From contig NC_010655.1 of assembly GCF_000020225.1 (NCBI RefSeq), positions 1,350,001 through 1,382,000 of the forward strand: DNA of 32,000 bases, read 5' to 3'. Position numbers and translations under genes: made by a program. Below, one piece after another: positions 24,117 to 31,733 of the stretch. Below the pieces are notes generated by a model. It was not told where the DNA came from. It did not search any database and worked only from the letters and a program-made list of their open reading frames with translations. The stretch's first letter is position 1, and each line of letters begins with the position of its first letter. Origin of the DNA: Akkermansia muciniphila ATCC BAA-835. Lineage in GTDB: Bacteria; Verrucomicrobiota; Verrucomicrobiia; Verrucomicrobiales; Akkermansiaceae.

Positions 24117-24353
24117 CTCGCTTTCATTGCAATAGATGATGCATTAGACGATCAAAAAGAAATTAATGGAGTTTTTAGGTCTTCTTTTCGAATGCATTAT
24201 GGAACAAGATCTTTGAGGTGTATTACTTTTTTAGATAAAGAAGTATTTGAAAAAGCGCGTGAATTTATCCTTGAAACTGAATCTAGAACAGTAAAAGGAG
24301 CAGATGGAACAGAATATATATATTATGGAATTTTGGAAGTTAAAAAAGAATAG
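24117..24353 (+). pseudogene. in-frame continuation of the orphan-1 toxin tip beyond TAG 24114-24116
   Basis: The same frame stays open for 78 more codons, to TAG 24351-24353. It reads LAFIAIDDALDDQKEINGVFRSSFRMHYGTRSLRCITFLDKEVFEKAREFI..., which holds the His...Cys block expected in the second half of an L,D-transpeptidase-like (Tlde1) fold. Confidence 0.55.
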
Positions 24354-24642
24354 AAAAAGAATTGTTTTTTGTATTATTTTTTGTAGTATAATAACATTTC
24401 TTATTTTTACATTAGCATGTAAAATTATAGGAGCAGATGTCATGGAGGCTTGTGTTCCTGTTCATATAATGAGGATGATTATGAACAATTTTTATCCAGA
24501 AATAATTATTGATGGAGAGATATCCTATAGTATCCTTATGTATGATAGTTTTATTTTTTATGGGACAATTATTTTTTTAATAACATTTTTATGCATTTAT
24601 AAAAACAAGTCCGTGGGTTGCTGTGGGAATCGGCTATTCTGA
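24304..24642 (+). CDS. small polytopic membrane protein, immunity-like (orphan cassette 1)
   Basis: AT-rich ORF with alternative starts at 24304 and 24325. Hydrophobic segments are IVFCIIFCSIITFLIFTLAC and FIFYGTIIFLITFLCIY. Its last codons and stop (24640-24642) lie inside the rhs-homologous DNA of the next orphan. Confidence 0.5.
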   Translation: MEQNIYIMEFWKLKKNRKRIVFCIIFCSIITFLIFTLACKIIGADVMEACVPVHIMRMIMNNFYPEIIIDGEISYSILMYDSFIFYGTIIFLITFLCIYKNKSVGCCGNRLF

Positions 24643-25030
24643 CGCCACGCCTGTCAGAGCTTTACATACAACCATCTCAGTCAATTGACACAGGTTGAGG
24701 ATGCTAGAAGCGACCGTCTACACAACCGGCCCGCTCAACCAATACACCGCCATCGAGCGCGGAGAAGAAGCCGCCTTTGAACCGGTTTACGACGCGGACG
24801 GCAATCAGACATTGATCAGGACATCCACCGGCATCTGGCAAGTCGCCTACAACGCGGAAAACCGCCCGGTGCGCTTCGTCAATGAAAGCGCCAAAACCGT
24901 GGTGGAATGCACCTACGACTACATGGGCAGGCAGCACACCCGCAAAGTGAGCGTCCGATGGTTCCTGTTCTGGGACCCGACGCAGCCTGAGGCTACACGC
25001 CCGCTGGCCATCCGCAAAGACGGCACCTGA
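24621..25030 (+). pseudogene. orphan RHS fragment 2 (mosaic, internally deleted, truncated)
   Basis: 24621-24669 repeats the GISYSDATPGQSFAY anchor in degraded form. 24707-24955 is near-identical to orphan 1 at 23136-23384. A stretch of about 84 nt present in orphan 1 is then missing, and homology resumes up to TGA 25028-25030, where orphan 1 has TGG. Confidence 0.75.
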
Positions 25031-25039
25031 GTTGGAGCT

Positions 25040-25237
25040 ATGACAAGTGGTGCAATTGGTAGTGCTGGTGCCGGTGTTGGTGCTGCTCTTGGATCTGTAG
25101 TTGGCGCAAGGATAGGTGCGTTAATAGGAGATGTCACTGGTTGGTGGTTTGGTACGTCAATTGCAGAACGTGTATATGATTGGATATTCACAGAATTAGA
25201 AAAAGAAGAGTATGAAGTTGTATGTGCAAAAAATTAG
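25040..25237 (+). CDS. glycine-zipper small membrane peptide (65 aa); possible pore-forming toxin tip or bacteriocin-like peptide
   Basis: Reads MTSGAIGSAGAGVGAALGSVVGARIGALIGDVTGWWFGTSIAERVYDWIF..., with repeated GxxxG/A motifs. A GGAG lies 3 nt (cta) upstream of the ATG. It is in the same frame as orphan 2, separated by TGA plus 3 codons. Confidence 0.5.
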   Translation: MTSGAIGSAGAGVGAALGSVVGARIGALIGDVTGWWFGTSIAERVYDWIFTELEKEEYEVVCAKN

Positions 25238-25378
25238 TTTTTATTATTTGTAGTGGTATATTAGTTATATTTATTTGTAAAATTTTATAAAAATGAATCG
25301 AAAAATAAATAAGTACTATTTTGATATTAATAGTGAAGCAAAGTATATTTTTTTGAATGCAAAAATGGTTTGCATTAT

Positions 25379-26257
25379 ATGCTGTCCAATTCAATATGTT
25401 CATATATTCCGGAGTTGCCACCGAATGCCCGTGAATATCCAAACAAGTGGAATTCGCAGAAATGGAATAAATGTGGTAAAAAATGGATTTCTTTTTTATG
25501 GCGTGTTTTTTTCTGTGAAGATAATAACTGCGTTCCTTCGTATGAGCACTATTCTCATTTATATATTGGTTTTCAGTCCAGTATGGATACCCTTTATTTC
25601 ATGAATAATGGGGCGGTAATTCACTTTTTCTCAAAGAAAAAAGGGAAAAAAGAGATAGAGGAAATTCGTTTTTATACAAGTCAGCAGGCTGATAGAAATG
25701 GAATTCGCATTCAGAATTATCTACATAATTCCTCTTATCAAAATATTCCTATTTATTGGGAAGGGACAGGTGGTCTTTATCCTCTTGAAGGAGGATTTAT
25801 TGTCACACCAAGTTTTTGTTCCAGCGGAAAGCTTTGCGATATGAAAGCTTATGAACTTAATCATATTGAAAATTCACGCAGTATCGATTTTGTGCAAGGA
25901 GCTTTTAGTCTGGCAAAATATCCGGAAGAAAGTCGTGCATTTAGAGAGCTTCCTTCGTATTTCTGTGAACTGGCAGATTCCTCATTTGACTATGAATCAT
26001 GGGAGATGGCTATGACATCGGAATCCATTCCTCTGGAACACAACTGTGTTCATCCGTTTTATAAGAATGACATATGTATAGCTGAATTGGTAATTGTTAA
26101 TTTAATATGGGGAACTTCTTATTATCCCTATCAAGATTCATATGTACTTTTGTTACGCTACTCTCCATCAGTAGAATCTTGTGTTATCCAACTTGTTGAC
26201 CTTGTATTGGAAAAATTTCCCAGTATCAGATTAATAGAAAATAAAGAAATTATATGA
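25379..26257 (+). CDS. hypothetical protein (about 292 aa, AT-rich, cytoplasmic-looking); candidate immunity or accessory protein
   Basis: First ATG of the 25370..26257 ORF (25370 is TTG), running to TGA 26255-26257. No family recognised and the start is uncertain. Confidence 0.55.
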   Translation: MLSNSICSYIPELPPNAREYPNKWNSQKWNKCGKKWISFLWRVFFCEDNNCVPSYEHYSHLYIGFQSSMDTLYFMNNGAVIHFFSKKKGKKEIEEIRFYTSQQADRNGIRIQNYLHNSSYQNIPIYWEGTGGLYPLEGGFIVTPSFCSSGKLCDMKAYELNHIENSRSIDFVQGAFSLAKYPEESRAFRELPSYFCELADSSFDYESWEMAMTSESIPLEHNCVHPFYKNDICIAELVIVNLIWGTSYYPYQDSYVLLLRYSPSVESCVIQLVDLVLEKFPSIRLIENKEII

Positions 26258-26514
26258 TGATTTTGTCTAATTTTGAAAACTATTTTTAATCATCAGAAGA
26301 TGATGCGAAATACTGAAAGCTGTCCTGATGCCAAAAAGAGATAGAAATCTTATGCAGCGGAGGAAAGCAGCTATTTCAGGGTACTCTAAAAGTGAAATGT
26401 CTTATAAAAATTTAGAATGACAATTTGAATTTTTATGATATTATCATAATTGAGACTAATCTCAGAAGAGCAGAAGTTTTGTTTTTTAATAATTATCGAT
26501 TTTATTAAAATGAC

Positions 26515-26718
26515 ATGATGAAAAAATATATTATATACTGTATTATTGTTGTTGTTTCAGTATTTGCTTCTTTTCTGTTTTTTGATAAATATTATAAGAA
26601 ATCTACTCTTCTGGGAGAGATCGGCAATACATATGTCTTTAGCTATGATCCTCCTTTAATAATAGAAAATGTAAAGATTCAGGAATTATCTAAATTTAAT
26701 CAAACACTTGCTGATTAG
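26515..26718 (+). CDS. small N-terminally anchored protein (67 aa to TAG; 122 aa, i.e. 67 + 55 sense codons, if the TAG is read through to 26886)
   Basis: Begins MMKKYIIYCIIVVVSVFASFLFF... After TAG 26716-26718 the frame stays open for 55 codons (FPDHHVYASYCGKECTLTVIILYDYDADFSCADREKLWKLICEWQDSLWYKQDME) to TAA 26884-26886. Confidence 0.45.
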   Translation: MMKKYIIYCIIVVVSVFASFLFFDKYYKKSTLLGEIGNTYVFSYDPPLIIENVKIQELSKFNQTLAD

Positions 26719-26950
26719 TTTCCCGATCATCATGTCTATGCCTCATACTGTGGAAAAGAATGTACCCTGACCGTAATAATCCTTTATGATTATGATGCTG
26801 ATTTTTCTTGTGCAGATAGAGAAAAACTGTGGAAACTAATTTGTGAATGGCAAGACAGCTTGTGGTATAAACAGGATATGGAATAAATTAAATAAAACTT
26901 AATATTTTTGATTTTATATAATTAATACATGAAAACTGTTTAATTTTATA

Positions 26951-26986
26951 AAAGCTCTTTCTGTTTATCGGAAGGAGCTTTTTTTA
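26951..26986 (+). terminator. rho-independent terminator
   Basis: Stem aaagctctttc (26951-26961) pairs with gaaggagcttt (26971-26981), including one G-U pair. A run of Ts follows through 26986. Confidence 0.6.
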
Positions 26987-27183
26987 CAGAAATGATAATT
27001 ACTTTGTTTTGATAGTGATTTTTTTGTTGATTTTTATAAAATTATGTTTCCTGTCAAAGATATTGACCATTGTAAAAATGCTATGAATCTGCTAATAGTT
27101 TTGAGAAAATCCTTGACGAAGTAGCAGCAATATTGAAATGCTCAAGCAGGAACTGGATGTTCATGTTTCCAGATATAAAGAAT

Positions 27184-27831
27184 ATGGTTTTTAGTAAAAT
27201 ATTATACTTTTTCTTGTTTCCGGCTGTATTGTTTCCATCCTGTCGCCAGGGGATGACTACGGTGGCGCAGCCTCTGAAACCGGTATTTGTACGCGTAGCA
27301 GATCCTCTCAATCCGGAATCTCCCCAGTCAAGAGAAAAGATAAGGGACTTGTCACAACAGCAGAGGCAGCAGTTGGCGGGCTATATCGTTCATTCTGCAA
27401 ATTGGGAACAAATGACCAGGAAAGAATTTGAACTGATCCGCAGCGGACGGGGCCAGGAAGGTTTGTCTATGGATCACTGGAGTTCCGATAGTTATTTTAA
27501 CAGGATGACTGTTCCCTATATCCGTTCGTCGAGTAAGGATGAAGATATTTTATCCCTTCTTCAAAACAATGAAGACGGAGAAGTTATTTTGAGCAGAGCG
27601 AATCTTTTTGAATTGGTAGCGGAAAATTATATAGAACATTATCCTGATGATAAGAAAGGATGGGATTTTTTATGGTTTTTTATGGGTGAGGACGTAGACG
27701 AAATACCTTTTTGCAGTATAATTAAAGAAATGATTATAAAGAGGAATCTCGATCGATTCTCCTATGGGAAGAAAATATTGGATATGATAGGCGATTCCTC
27801 TATCAGAAAGAATGATGGACGTTGCCTTTAG
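27184..27831 (+). CDS. hypothetical exported protein or lipoprotein
   Basis: ATG 27184 gives MVFSKILYFFLFPAVLFPSCRQG, a signal-like h-region ending in Cys. In-frame ATGs also occur at 27157 and 27163. Ends at TAG 27829-27831. No family recognised. Confidence 0.55.
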   Translation: MVFSKILYFFLFPAVLFPSCRQGMTTVAQPLKPVFVRVADPLNPESPQSREKIRDLSQQQRQQLAGYIVHSANWEQMTRKEFELIRSGRGQEGLSMDHWSSDSYFNRMTVPYIRSSSKDEDILSLLQNNEDGEVILSRANLFELVAENYIEHYPDDKKGWDFLWFFMGEDVDEIPFCSIIKEMIIKRNLDRFSYGKKILDMIGDSSIRKNDGRCL

Positions 27832-28126
27832 TTCTATAGAGGGGCTGACAGACAACAAACTTTGGTCTGAAGCAGGGAAGAATAGTTCAGGATATGGGCT
27901 GAGTTTGCAAATTTTCTCAACTGAACCGCAAATTTATTGATAAATCAGGAGTTGATGAAGAAAATTTATTCTGAATAATGAATGAAATTTATTATAAAAT
28001 ACTTTGATAGCAAAAAGAAATTTCATTTCAACGAAATATACAAGACAGCTAAATATATTAAATCATTAATTGTTATTTCTCCGCAGGTTCTCCAGATAGT
28101 TTAAATTTTCAATAACAGAAATAATT

Positions 28127-28447
28127 ATGGACAATGAGAATACTAAAATAAAAGATACAGGATCTTGGTCCCCATTCTACTATTGGATAGTAGGAGTAGT
28201 GACTATGTGTGCCTTGATGTGGATGCTTCCTAACAATTATCCTAGAGAACCTTGGGAAAATATCATTAGAGTTTTACTTGGAGCATTGTTCATATTTCTC
28301 TTTTTTGTATGTCCAGTGTGGATGATTATTTCAGCAATACGCTATTGGAAGACAAAAGATTATATTCGTGCTACCGTGGCGGTATTAATTGCTTTGGCAA
28401 TTTTAGAGAGTGTTTTATTTGGTCCTCTGTTAAGCATTGATTTTTGA
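28127..28447 (+). CDS. small polytopic membrane protein (106 aa), immunity-like
   Basis: AT-rich ORF with three hydrophobic segments: YYWIVGVVTMCALMWML, LLGALFIFLFFVCPVWMIISAI and VAVLIALAILESVLFGPLL. Confidence 0.5.
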   Translation: MDNENTKIKDTGSWSPFYYWIVGVVTMCALMWMLPNNYPREPWENIIRVLLGALFIFLFFVCPVWMIISAIRYWKTKDYIRATVAVLIALAILESVLFGPLLSIDF

Positions 28448-28572
28448 TTTCACTATTTGTTTTCTAAAAATTCTGACGAGTGACTGGAAAGAAAAAAGGA
28501 GCTGCTGAACAATAAAATTGATCATTCCCGGCAAGCAAAAAAGTTATAAATCTCAGTTGAAACGGATAAAAG

Positions 28573-28854
28573 ATGGTGATTAATATAATTTTTTTCTGGA
28601 TATTAGTTGTTTTTGGAGTTATTATCAGCTTATATAATTGGATAATAGTTTTTAACTGTGTAATAAAATCCAAAAATTCATCTTGTATTCCTCTATTGGG
28701 CGGTGGAGCAATTGTTTTAGCTATGAATCTTCCTGGAATAGATATGGAAGAATACGAATCTATTCCCTTATTATTGGATTATGGATGCATTCCTCTTTTT
28801 GTCCACACGTTTTTTTCATTTATATATAAAATGTTGAAGGGATTATTTAAATAG
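28573..28854 (+). CDS. small polytopic membrane protein (93 aa), immunity-like
   Basis: AT-rich ORF beginning MVINIIFFWILVVFGVIISLYNWIIVF..., with further segments ..LLGGGAIVLAMNL.. and ..CIPLFVHTFFSFIY. Confidence 0.5.
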   Translation: MVINIIFFWILVVFGVIISLYNWIIVFNCVIKSKNSSCIPLLGGGAIVLAMNLPGIDMEEYESIPLLLDYGCIPLFVHTFFSFIYKMLKGLFK

Positions 28855-28899
28855 AGTAAAAAACAATTAGCCAAAAGGATCGTTTTTAACAGTTTTTCA

Positions 28900-29264
28900 T
28901 CAAGGGTATTTGCATATAGCAGAGTGCGGATTGACCGAGGAAATGCCGGATTCGTGCGCAGTTACATCTGGGACCCCTCGAAACCGGCGGCTGTGCGCAT
29001 CCTGACAGTGACGGGCCGGGAAGCGAACGGGATGCTAAGTGAAGGAGCGTTTCTACTGCGTGCACGAGACGATGAAAAACGTTACCTCCCTCTTCGGGGA
29101 AGAGTATATGGTCGCCGTGCCCTGTACGAATACCAGCCGTATGGAGGTCTGACACGTCGGAAGGCAATATGGGGGAAGAAAACGGGTTCCACTTCTCGAG
29201 CGAATACATGGATGGCGAACTGGGGCTGGTCTATCACAGTGTTCATCGGTATCAATTCGTTTGA
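28900..29264 (+). pseudogene. RHS core remnant 3 (frameshifted)
   Basis: A G+C-rich patch alignable by eye to the main gene at about 20640-21000 (...AECxLTxExPxxVRSYIWDPSxP...RRALYEYxPYGGL...SEYMDxELGLVY...). Indels break the frame, and the piece ends at TGA 29262-29264, before the DPxGL-type core end. Confidence 0.8.
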
Positions 29265-29393
29265 TATCTTTGGAGCGGCCTCATTCCTGTTGGAAATCTG
29301 TCAACGGGGATTGGAAAGAGATAGGTATTCATGCAGAGTTAGTTCTGTAAATTTTGTTGAGGAAGTCTTTTGGAATTCTGTATGGGATTCAAG

Positions 29394-29426
29394 CTGCATC
29401 CGGTATGTTCCGGGTGCAGTTTTTGT
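29394..29426 (+). terminator. rho-independent terminator at the distal end of the rhs island
   Basis: Stem ctgcatccgg (29394-29403) pairs with ccgggtgcag (29410-29419), including one G-U pair, across the loop tatgtt. It is followed by tttttgtg. Confidence 0.65.
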
Positions 29427-29737
29427 GTAAACGGGTTGAGAAAGACTTGCCGTTATCCGCCTTCCGGGAAGAACGGAAAGCGGGAGCGCAGCCGGAAGAA
29501 TTAATTTTTTCTTAACAAGAAGAAGAAGGAAGTTAACTACCCAGAATGGAATTTCCGGATATATTGAGGCAATGTTTTTACATTATATTAAACATCGCCG
29601 GTCCGTTCCGGGACTCCGTATCTGCCATAGCGGTTTTTCCGTGAAATTTTTTCAGATAAAAAAGAAAAACGGCATAGAATAATATTTTTGTTTCCATATA
29701 TGTTGGAATGGTTTGAATTTAAATTTCATAAAATATC

Positions 29738-29836
29738 ATGATGGAATCATTGTTGGGTTTTATCTTTTGTCTATTGAGCGGAATATTCTGTTTTTGGCTC
29801 TTTTTCAAATGCGTCGACTGGTTTGAAAAAATCTAA
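29738..29836 (+). CDS. possible 32-aa hydrophobic leader or accessory peptide upstream of kdpF
   Basis: ATG 29738 to TAA 29834-29836, reading MMESLLGFIFCLLSGIFCFWLFFKCVDWFEKI. It lies 14 nt upstream of kdpF. Support is only ORF plus position. Confidence 0.25.
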   Translation: MMESLLGFIFCLLSGIFCFWLFFKCVDWFEKI

Positions 29837-29850
29837 AACTGTGCCTGTCT

Positions 29851-29931
29851 ATGTATACATTATTATTTGTGATTAGCTTAATTGTGTTCGGTTATTTGAT
29901 GTATGTCTTGATCAAACCGGAAAAATTTTAA
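29851..29931 (+). CDS. kdpF: K+-transporting ATPase subunit F
   Basis: 26 aa, MYTLLFVISLIVFGYLMYVLIKPEKF: a single TM ending in the KdpF-typical xxPEKF. It sits 8 nt upstream of kdpA. Confidence 0.75.
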   Translation: MYTLLFVISLIVFGYLMYVLIKPEKF

Positions 29932-29939
29932 CCAGCAAG

Positions 29940-31649
29940 ATGATGAAAACAGAAATTCTAGGTGTTATTGCGCAAATCGTTCTTATGGTGGCTTTGAGCT
30001 ATCCTCTGGGGAAATATATTGCCAAGGTTTACAAGAAGGAGAAAACATGGCTTGATTTCATGAAGCCTGTTGAAAGGCTGATGTTCCGCCTGTCCGGGAT
30101 TAATCCGGAGGAAGAAATGAACTGGAAGCAGTTCCTGCGGGCTTTATTGACCGTAAATCTGTTCTGGTTCGTATGGGGGATGGTTCTTCTGGTCAGCCAG
30201 GGGTACCTGCCCCTCAATCCGGACGGCAACGTCGGACAGACGTGCCACCAGGCGTTCAATACATGCATTTCATTCATGGTGAATTGCAACCTCCAGCATT
30301 ACAGCGGAGAGAGCGGTTTGACCTATTTTACGCAGTTGTTCGTGATTATGCTGTTCCAATTTATTACGGCAGCTACCGGCATGGCCGCAATGGCAGGGAT
30401 CATGAACGCTCTCAGTAAGAAGACAACTAAAACGATTGGAAACTTCTGGGATTACCTCGTGTTGAGTTCTACCCGCATTTTGCTGCCTCTTTCTCTGGTG
30501 GTCGGATTCATCCTGATTACTCAGGGTACGCCGATGGGGTTTGACGGTAAGATGGAAGTGACAACCCTTGAGGGAGTGGAACAAACCATTTCCCAAGGGC
30601 CTGCCGCGGCTGTTGTGCCCATTAAACAGCTGGGAACGAATGGCGGCGGTTATTTCGGCGTTAATTCATCCCATCCGCTGGAAAATCCGACTTACCTTTC
30701 CAACATGGTCGAATGCTGGTCCATCCTGATTATTCCGATGGCGATGGTTTTGGCCTTTGGTTTTTATCTCAAGCGCAAGAAACTGGGATACAGTATTTAC
30801 GGCGTGATGTTGCTTGCCTTTTTAATTGGCGTTTGCATTAACGTGTATCAGGAGATGAACGGCAATCCCCGCATAGAAGAGATGGGCATCGTCCAGGAAA
30901 GCGGGGCTATGGAAGGTAAGGAAATCCGGCTCGGATCCGCGGCTACAGCTTTGTGGAGCGTCGTTACGACAGTTACGTCAAATGGGTCCGTCAACGGGAT
31001 GCATGATTCCACCATGCCTCTTTCAGGCATGATTCAGATGTTGAACATGCAGATTAATACGTGGTTTGGCGGCGTCGGGGTAGGGTGGATGAATTATTTC
31101 GCCTTCATGATTATAGCCGTGTTCATCAGCGGTCTGATGGTGGGAAGAACCCCCGAATTCCTGTGCAAGAAAGTAGAAGCCCGTGAAATGAAAATCGCTT
31201 CCATTGTGGCGTTGCTCCACCCGTTTGTGATTCTCGTCGGAACGGCTCTGGCTTGTTATCTGTTTGTTTACGCGCCGTCGTTTGTGGAAGGCGAAGGAGG
31301 GTGGGTCAATAATCCCGGCTTTCATGGATTGAGTGAATTCCTTTACGAGTATACTTCAAGCGCTGCCAATAACGGTTCCGGGTTTGAAGGGCTGGCCGAT
31401 AATACCTGGTTCTGGAATTACTCATGCGGCATTGTCCTCATTCTGAGCCGTTTCATCCCGATCATCGGCCAGGTTGCCATCGCCGGGCTTCTGGCGGGCA
31501 AGAAGTATATTCCCGAGACGTCCGGAACGTTGAAGACGGATTCCGTAACGTTCAGCGCCATGACTTTTGCCGTGATTTTCATTGTTGCGGCTTTGTCCTT
31601 CTTCCCTGTCCATGCCTTAAGCACCATTGCCGAACATCTGAGTTTGTAA
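29940..31649 (+). CDS. kdpA: K+-transporting ATPase subunit A
   Basis: 569-aa polytopic ORF with the KdpA hallmark QLGTNGGGYFGVNSSHPLENPT. The N-terminus is ...VALSYPLGKYIAKVY and the C-terminus is ...ALSFFPVHALSTIAEHLSL. Confidence 0.95.
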   Translation: MMKTEILGVIAQIVLMVALSYPLGKYIAKVYKKEKTWLDFMKPVERLMFRLSGINPEEEMNWKQFLRALLTVNLFWFVWGMVLLVSQGYLPLNPDGNVGQTCHQAFNTCISFMVNCNLQHYSGESGLTYFTQLFVIMLFQFITAATGMAAMAGIMNALSKKTTKTIGNFWDYLVLSSTRILLPLSLVVGFILITQGTPMGFDGKMEVTTLEGVEQTISQGPAAAVVPIKQLGTNGGGYFGVNSSHPLENPTYLSNMVECWSILIIPMAMVLAFGFYLKRKKLGYSIYGVMLLAFLIGVCINVYQEMNGNPRIEEMGIVQESGAMEGKEIRLGSAATALWSVVTTVTSNGSVNGMHDSTMPLSGMIQMLNMQINTWFGGVGVGWMNYFAFMIIAVFISGLMVGRTPEFLCKKVEAREMKIASIVALLHPFVILVGTALACYLFVYAPSFVEGEGGWVNNPGFHGLSEFLYEYTSSAANNGSGFEGLADNTWFWNYSCGIVLILSRFIPIIGQVAIAGLLAGKKYIPETSGTLKTDSVTFSAMTFAVIFIVAALSFFPVHALSTIAEHLSL

Positions 31650-31733
31650 ATTTAGGGTAGAATACGTTTACCACCAATAACATATTTACATATTTCCGTT
31701 CCAGTTTCTGGAATTGAAAAAGAAATCTACGAT

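Larger units (their letters stand above)
21050..29300. other. AT-rich polymorphic toxin/immunity island appended to the rhs core
   Basis: Sampled lines drop from about 55-68% G+C in the rhs core to about one-third G+C from about 21050 onward. The AT-rich stretch is interrupted only by the G+C-rich rhs-homologous patches at 22548-23830, 24621-25030 and 28900-29264. Confidence 0.8.

Noticed and set aside
29427-29737. A possible riboswitch (e.g. c-di-AMP class) or other structured leader upstream of the kdp operon.
   Set aside because: I could not recognise conserved riboswitch core motifs by eye. This would need a covariance-model (Rfam/Infernal) scan.
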